This document shows, one piece after another, positions 62,170-64,000 of a stretch of 64,000 nt of DNA (positions are counted from its first letter, which is position 1; every line of letters begins with the position of its first letter). Location of the stretch: assembly GCA_035280845.1 (NCBI GenBank), contig DATEFB010000002.1, positions 125,183 through 189,182 of the forward strand. Direction: 5' to 3'. This DNA comes from Candidatus Saccharimonadales bacterium (GTDB taxonomy: Bacteria; Patescibacteriota; Saccharimonadia; Saccharimonadales; EFPC-124). Position numbers and translations under genes: made by a program. The notes under the pieces were generated by a model that worked only from the letters and a program-made list of their open reading frames with translations, did no database searches and was not told the DNA's origin.

Positions 62170-63750
62170 ATGAATAAACACACATTTATGAAGAAAAAAG
62201 TACTGCGCTCGTTGGGACTTGTGGTGGCGGCTGTCGCAACTACACTTGCCCTGGTTCCCCAGGCTGCCTTCGCTGCCAGCTGCCCAGCACCGGCTGCAGA
62301 TTATGGCAGCCTAACGACCAACCTTAGTATTCCGGCAAATGGGACGTACCGTTTGTGGAGCCGAATTAAGGTGCCCGATACTACTAACACGACATACCAG
62401 CTCGAGGTAGACGGCCAGAACTGCTACACCGTGGGCGGCGGCGGTGTCGCTGCCAACGCATGGGTCTGGGTAGACTACCAAAGCGGCACAGCCAGTAACA
62501 AAGTGCAGCTTGCCCTAAACCAGGGTAACCACACGCTTAAAATGACCGGCCTGCAACCAGGTGTGCGGCTGGACACTATTATTGCGGTTACTGATCTGAA
62601 CTGTATTCCCACCGACGCAGGCAATAACTGCAACACGCCAAGCGATACGACTCCGCCCAGTGTTATTGTGACTGCACCGACAGACGGCAGTACTGTGACG
62701 GGCACTGTCAAAATTGCCGCCAACGCCACAGATGGCACGGGTATCCAGAAGGTAGAATTTTACGCCAATGGCTCATTGGTAGCCACTGATACGTCCGCGC
62801 CATACGAGGCCAACTGGGACACGGCGCTGACGCCAAACAACCTCTATACTCTCACTGCCAAGGCGTTTGACACTGCCGGTAACTTTGCCACTGATACATC
62901 GGGCGCGACGGTCAGAAACGGCGACACCCAGCCGCCAACTGCCCCGGGTAGCCTGAGGGCCACAGCACCCGCCCACAACAAAGTCGCACTTACCTGGACC
63001 GCCAGTACCGACAACGTTGGTACTACAAGCTACTTTGTAAGCCGTAATAACGTGCCTCTGGCACAAGTTACGGGCACAACGTACACCGACGGCACGGTAA
63101 CGGCCAACACCGCCTACGCATATCAGGTGGTTGCGGCAGACGCCGCAGGCAACAAGTCGGCGGCATCGAACGCCAGCATAACGACGCCTGGCATTGCCGA
63201 CACTCAGGCACCTACCAGGCCAACGAACCTTGCTGCCCAGACCGTCAGTTCAAGTCAGATCAACCTTACCTGGCTCGCCAGCACCGACAATGCCGGTGTT
63301 ACTGGTTACGAAGTCTTCCGTGCCCAGCAGGACGGCCAGTATGCCAAGGTGGCCACTGTTTCTGGTACTACCTTTGGTGATGCCGGCCTGAGGCCCTTGA
63401 CCAAATATACCTACTACGTTCGTGCCAAAGACGCAGCGGGCAATACCAGCCAGAATTCCAACACCACACCTGCTACCCAGACCCACGGCAAGAACAAGCG
63501 AAGCGAACTCCTAGGCACGGTACGCAACAGCGACGGTACCGGAATCAAGGGCGCCCGCATTATATTCACCGCCGACAACAAGAGGCACATCTATGTAACT
63601 GACGCTGCCGGAAAATATGATATCAATGGACTCGCCGGCGGGACTTACCTGGTGACTTACGAGGCAACAGGCTATAACTCGGCAACTATAATCCGCCCCA
63701 TCACCGACAACGCCCGGGTTGCCCAAAACGTAACACTCACTAAAAAGTAG
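62170..63750 (+). CDS. secreted multidomain protein: Ig-like domain, two fibronectin type III domains, carboxypeptidase-regulatory-like C-terminal domain
   Basis: Signal peptide (VAAVATTLALVPQAAFA). Ig-like VKIAANATDGTGIQKVEFYANG. Two FN3 repeats (ALTWTASTDNVGTTSY; INLTWLASTDNAGVTGY). C-terminal GTVRNSDGTGIKGARI...AGKYDINGLAGGTY. Confidence 0.75.
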   Translation: MNKHTFMKKKVLRSLGLVVAAVATTLALVPQAAFAASCPAPAADYGSLTTNLSIPANGTYRLWSRIKVPDTTNTTYQLEVDGQNCYTVGGGGVAANAWVWVDYQSGTASNKVQLALNQGNHTLKMTGLQPGVRLDTIIAVTDLNCIPTDAGNNCNTPSDTTPPSVIVTAPTDGSTVTGTVKIAANATDGTGIQKVEFYANGSLVATDTSAPYEANWDTALTPNNLYTLTAKAFDTAGNFATDTSGATVRNGDTQPPTAPGSLRATAPAHNKVALTWTASTDNVGTTSYFVSRNNVPLAQVTGTTYTDGTVTANTAYAYQVVAADAAGNKSAASNASITTPGIADTQAPTRPTNLAAQTVSSSQINLTWLASTDNAGVTGYEVFRAQQDGQYAKVATVSGTTFGDAGLRPLTKYTYYVRAKDAAGNTSQNSNTTPATQTHGKNKRSELLGTVRNSDGTGIKGARIIFTADNKRHIYVTDAAGKYDINGLAGGTYLVTYEATGYNSATIIRPITDNARVAQNVTLTKK

Positions 63751-63758
63751 GAGCTACT

Positions 63759-64000
63759 ATGCAGCCATCTACGCCCATACAACCAGCACCAGTGCTGCCG
63801 CCCTCAGGCCCTGTTGCAGCACCAAAAAAGAACCCAGCCATAATTGTAACCGTCATTCTTGTGGCACTGCTTGCCATAGGCGCCGGCGCATACCTGGTAT
63901 GGAACACGATCCAGAATAATATCCCTGTGTCCGACGCACCAGACCCTGCCATCGTGACTATTACTGCCGATGGGTTTACGCCCGAAACGGTCAAAGTAAG
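63759..64000 (+). CDS. partial CDS: N-terminally anchored protein, possibly cupredoxin-like (runs off the window)
   Basis: ATG after TAGGAG. Pro-rich N-terminus, a TM helix (AIIVTVILVALLAIGAGAYLV), then VTITADGFTPETVKV. No stop before the window end. Confidence 0.45.
   Translation, partial: MQPSTPIQPAPVLPPSGPVAAPKKNPAIIVTVILVALLAIGAGAYLVWNTIQNNIPVSDAPDPAIVTITADGFTPETVKV

Noticed and set aside
1-64000. CRISPR arrays, rRNA genes, transposases, IS elements and DGR or retron reverse transcriptases
   Set aside because: I scanned the sequence and the ORF translations and found no regularly spaced direct repeats, no rRNA-like segments, and no DDE, serine, tyrosine recombinase or RT motifs.

Overview
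The window reads as one contiguous chromosomal segment of a small-genome, Gram-positive-type Patescibacteria/CPR bacterium, probably Saccharibacteria-like. That placement is an inference from gene content only: rny-ymdB, HTH-fused murA, murB, murJ, sortase, tatAC, tilS-ftsH, lepA, glyA, hrcA-grpE-dnaK-dnaJ with CIRCE operators, and 7 tRNAs that all encode their CCA end. I saw no rRNA, CRISPR array, transposase, integrase or reverse transcriptase. Four things deserve a second look. (1) Seven dispersed, strongly GC-rich single-gene cassettes, plus a possible eighth fragment at the left edge, sit in intergenic gaps of the housekeeping backbone. Four are directly beside tRNA genes. Each ends in a 10-12 bp GC-rich stem-loop, and five have a near-consensus -35/17 nt/-10 promoter in an AT-rich patch. 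None matches a family I recognise. (2) At 54.4-60.8 kb there is a cluster of four ATP-grasp ligases (including rimK), a RimB-like retropepsin-type protease and an HExxxH DUF1704/MATCAP-like putative carboxypeptidase. (3) Two loci (31.6-35.7 kb and 46.4-48.5 kb) begin with paralogous phage-tail-fibre-type motifs and carry a 1160-aa DMFase-like/DUF4082-like protein and a clan-GH-A-like glycosidase, with no other phage genes nearby. (4) Several unusual architectures: an AsnB fusion with a CofE-like domain, a membrane-anchored double-AAA+ Clp-like ATPase, a split PEP-utilising phosphotransferase, RNase II with two dsRBDs, TatC with a long tail followed by an RK-signal miniprotein, and a tiny LAxTG protein. 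All family calls rest on motifs I read in the translations. No database search or numerical composition analysis was possible.
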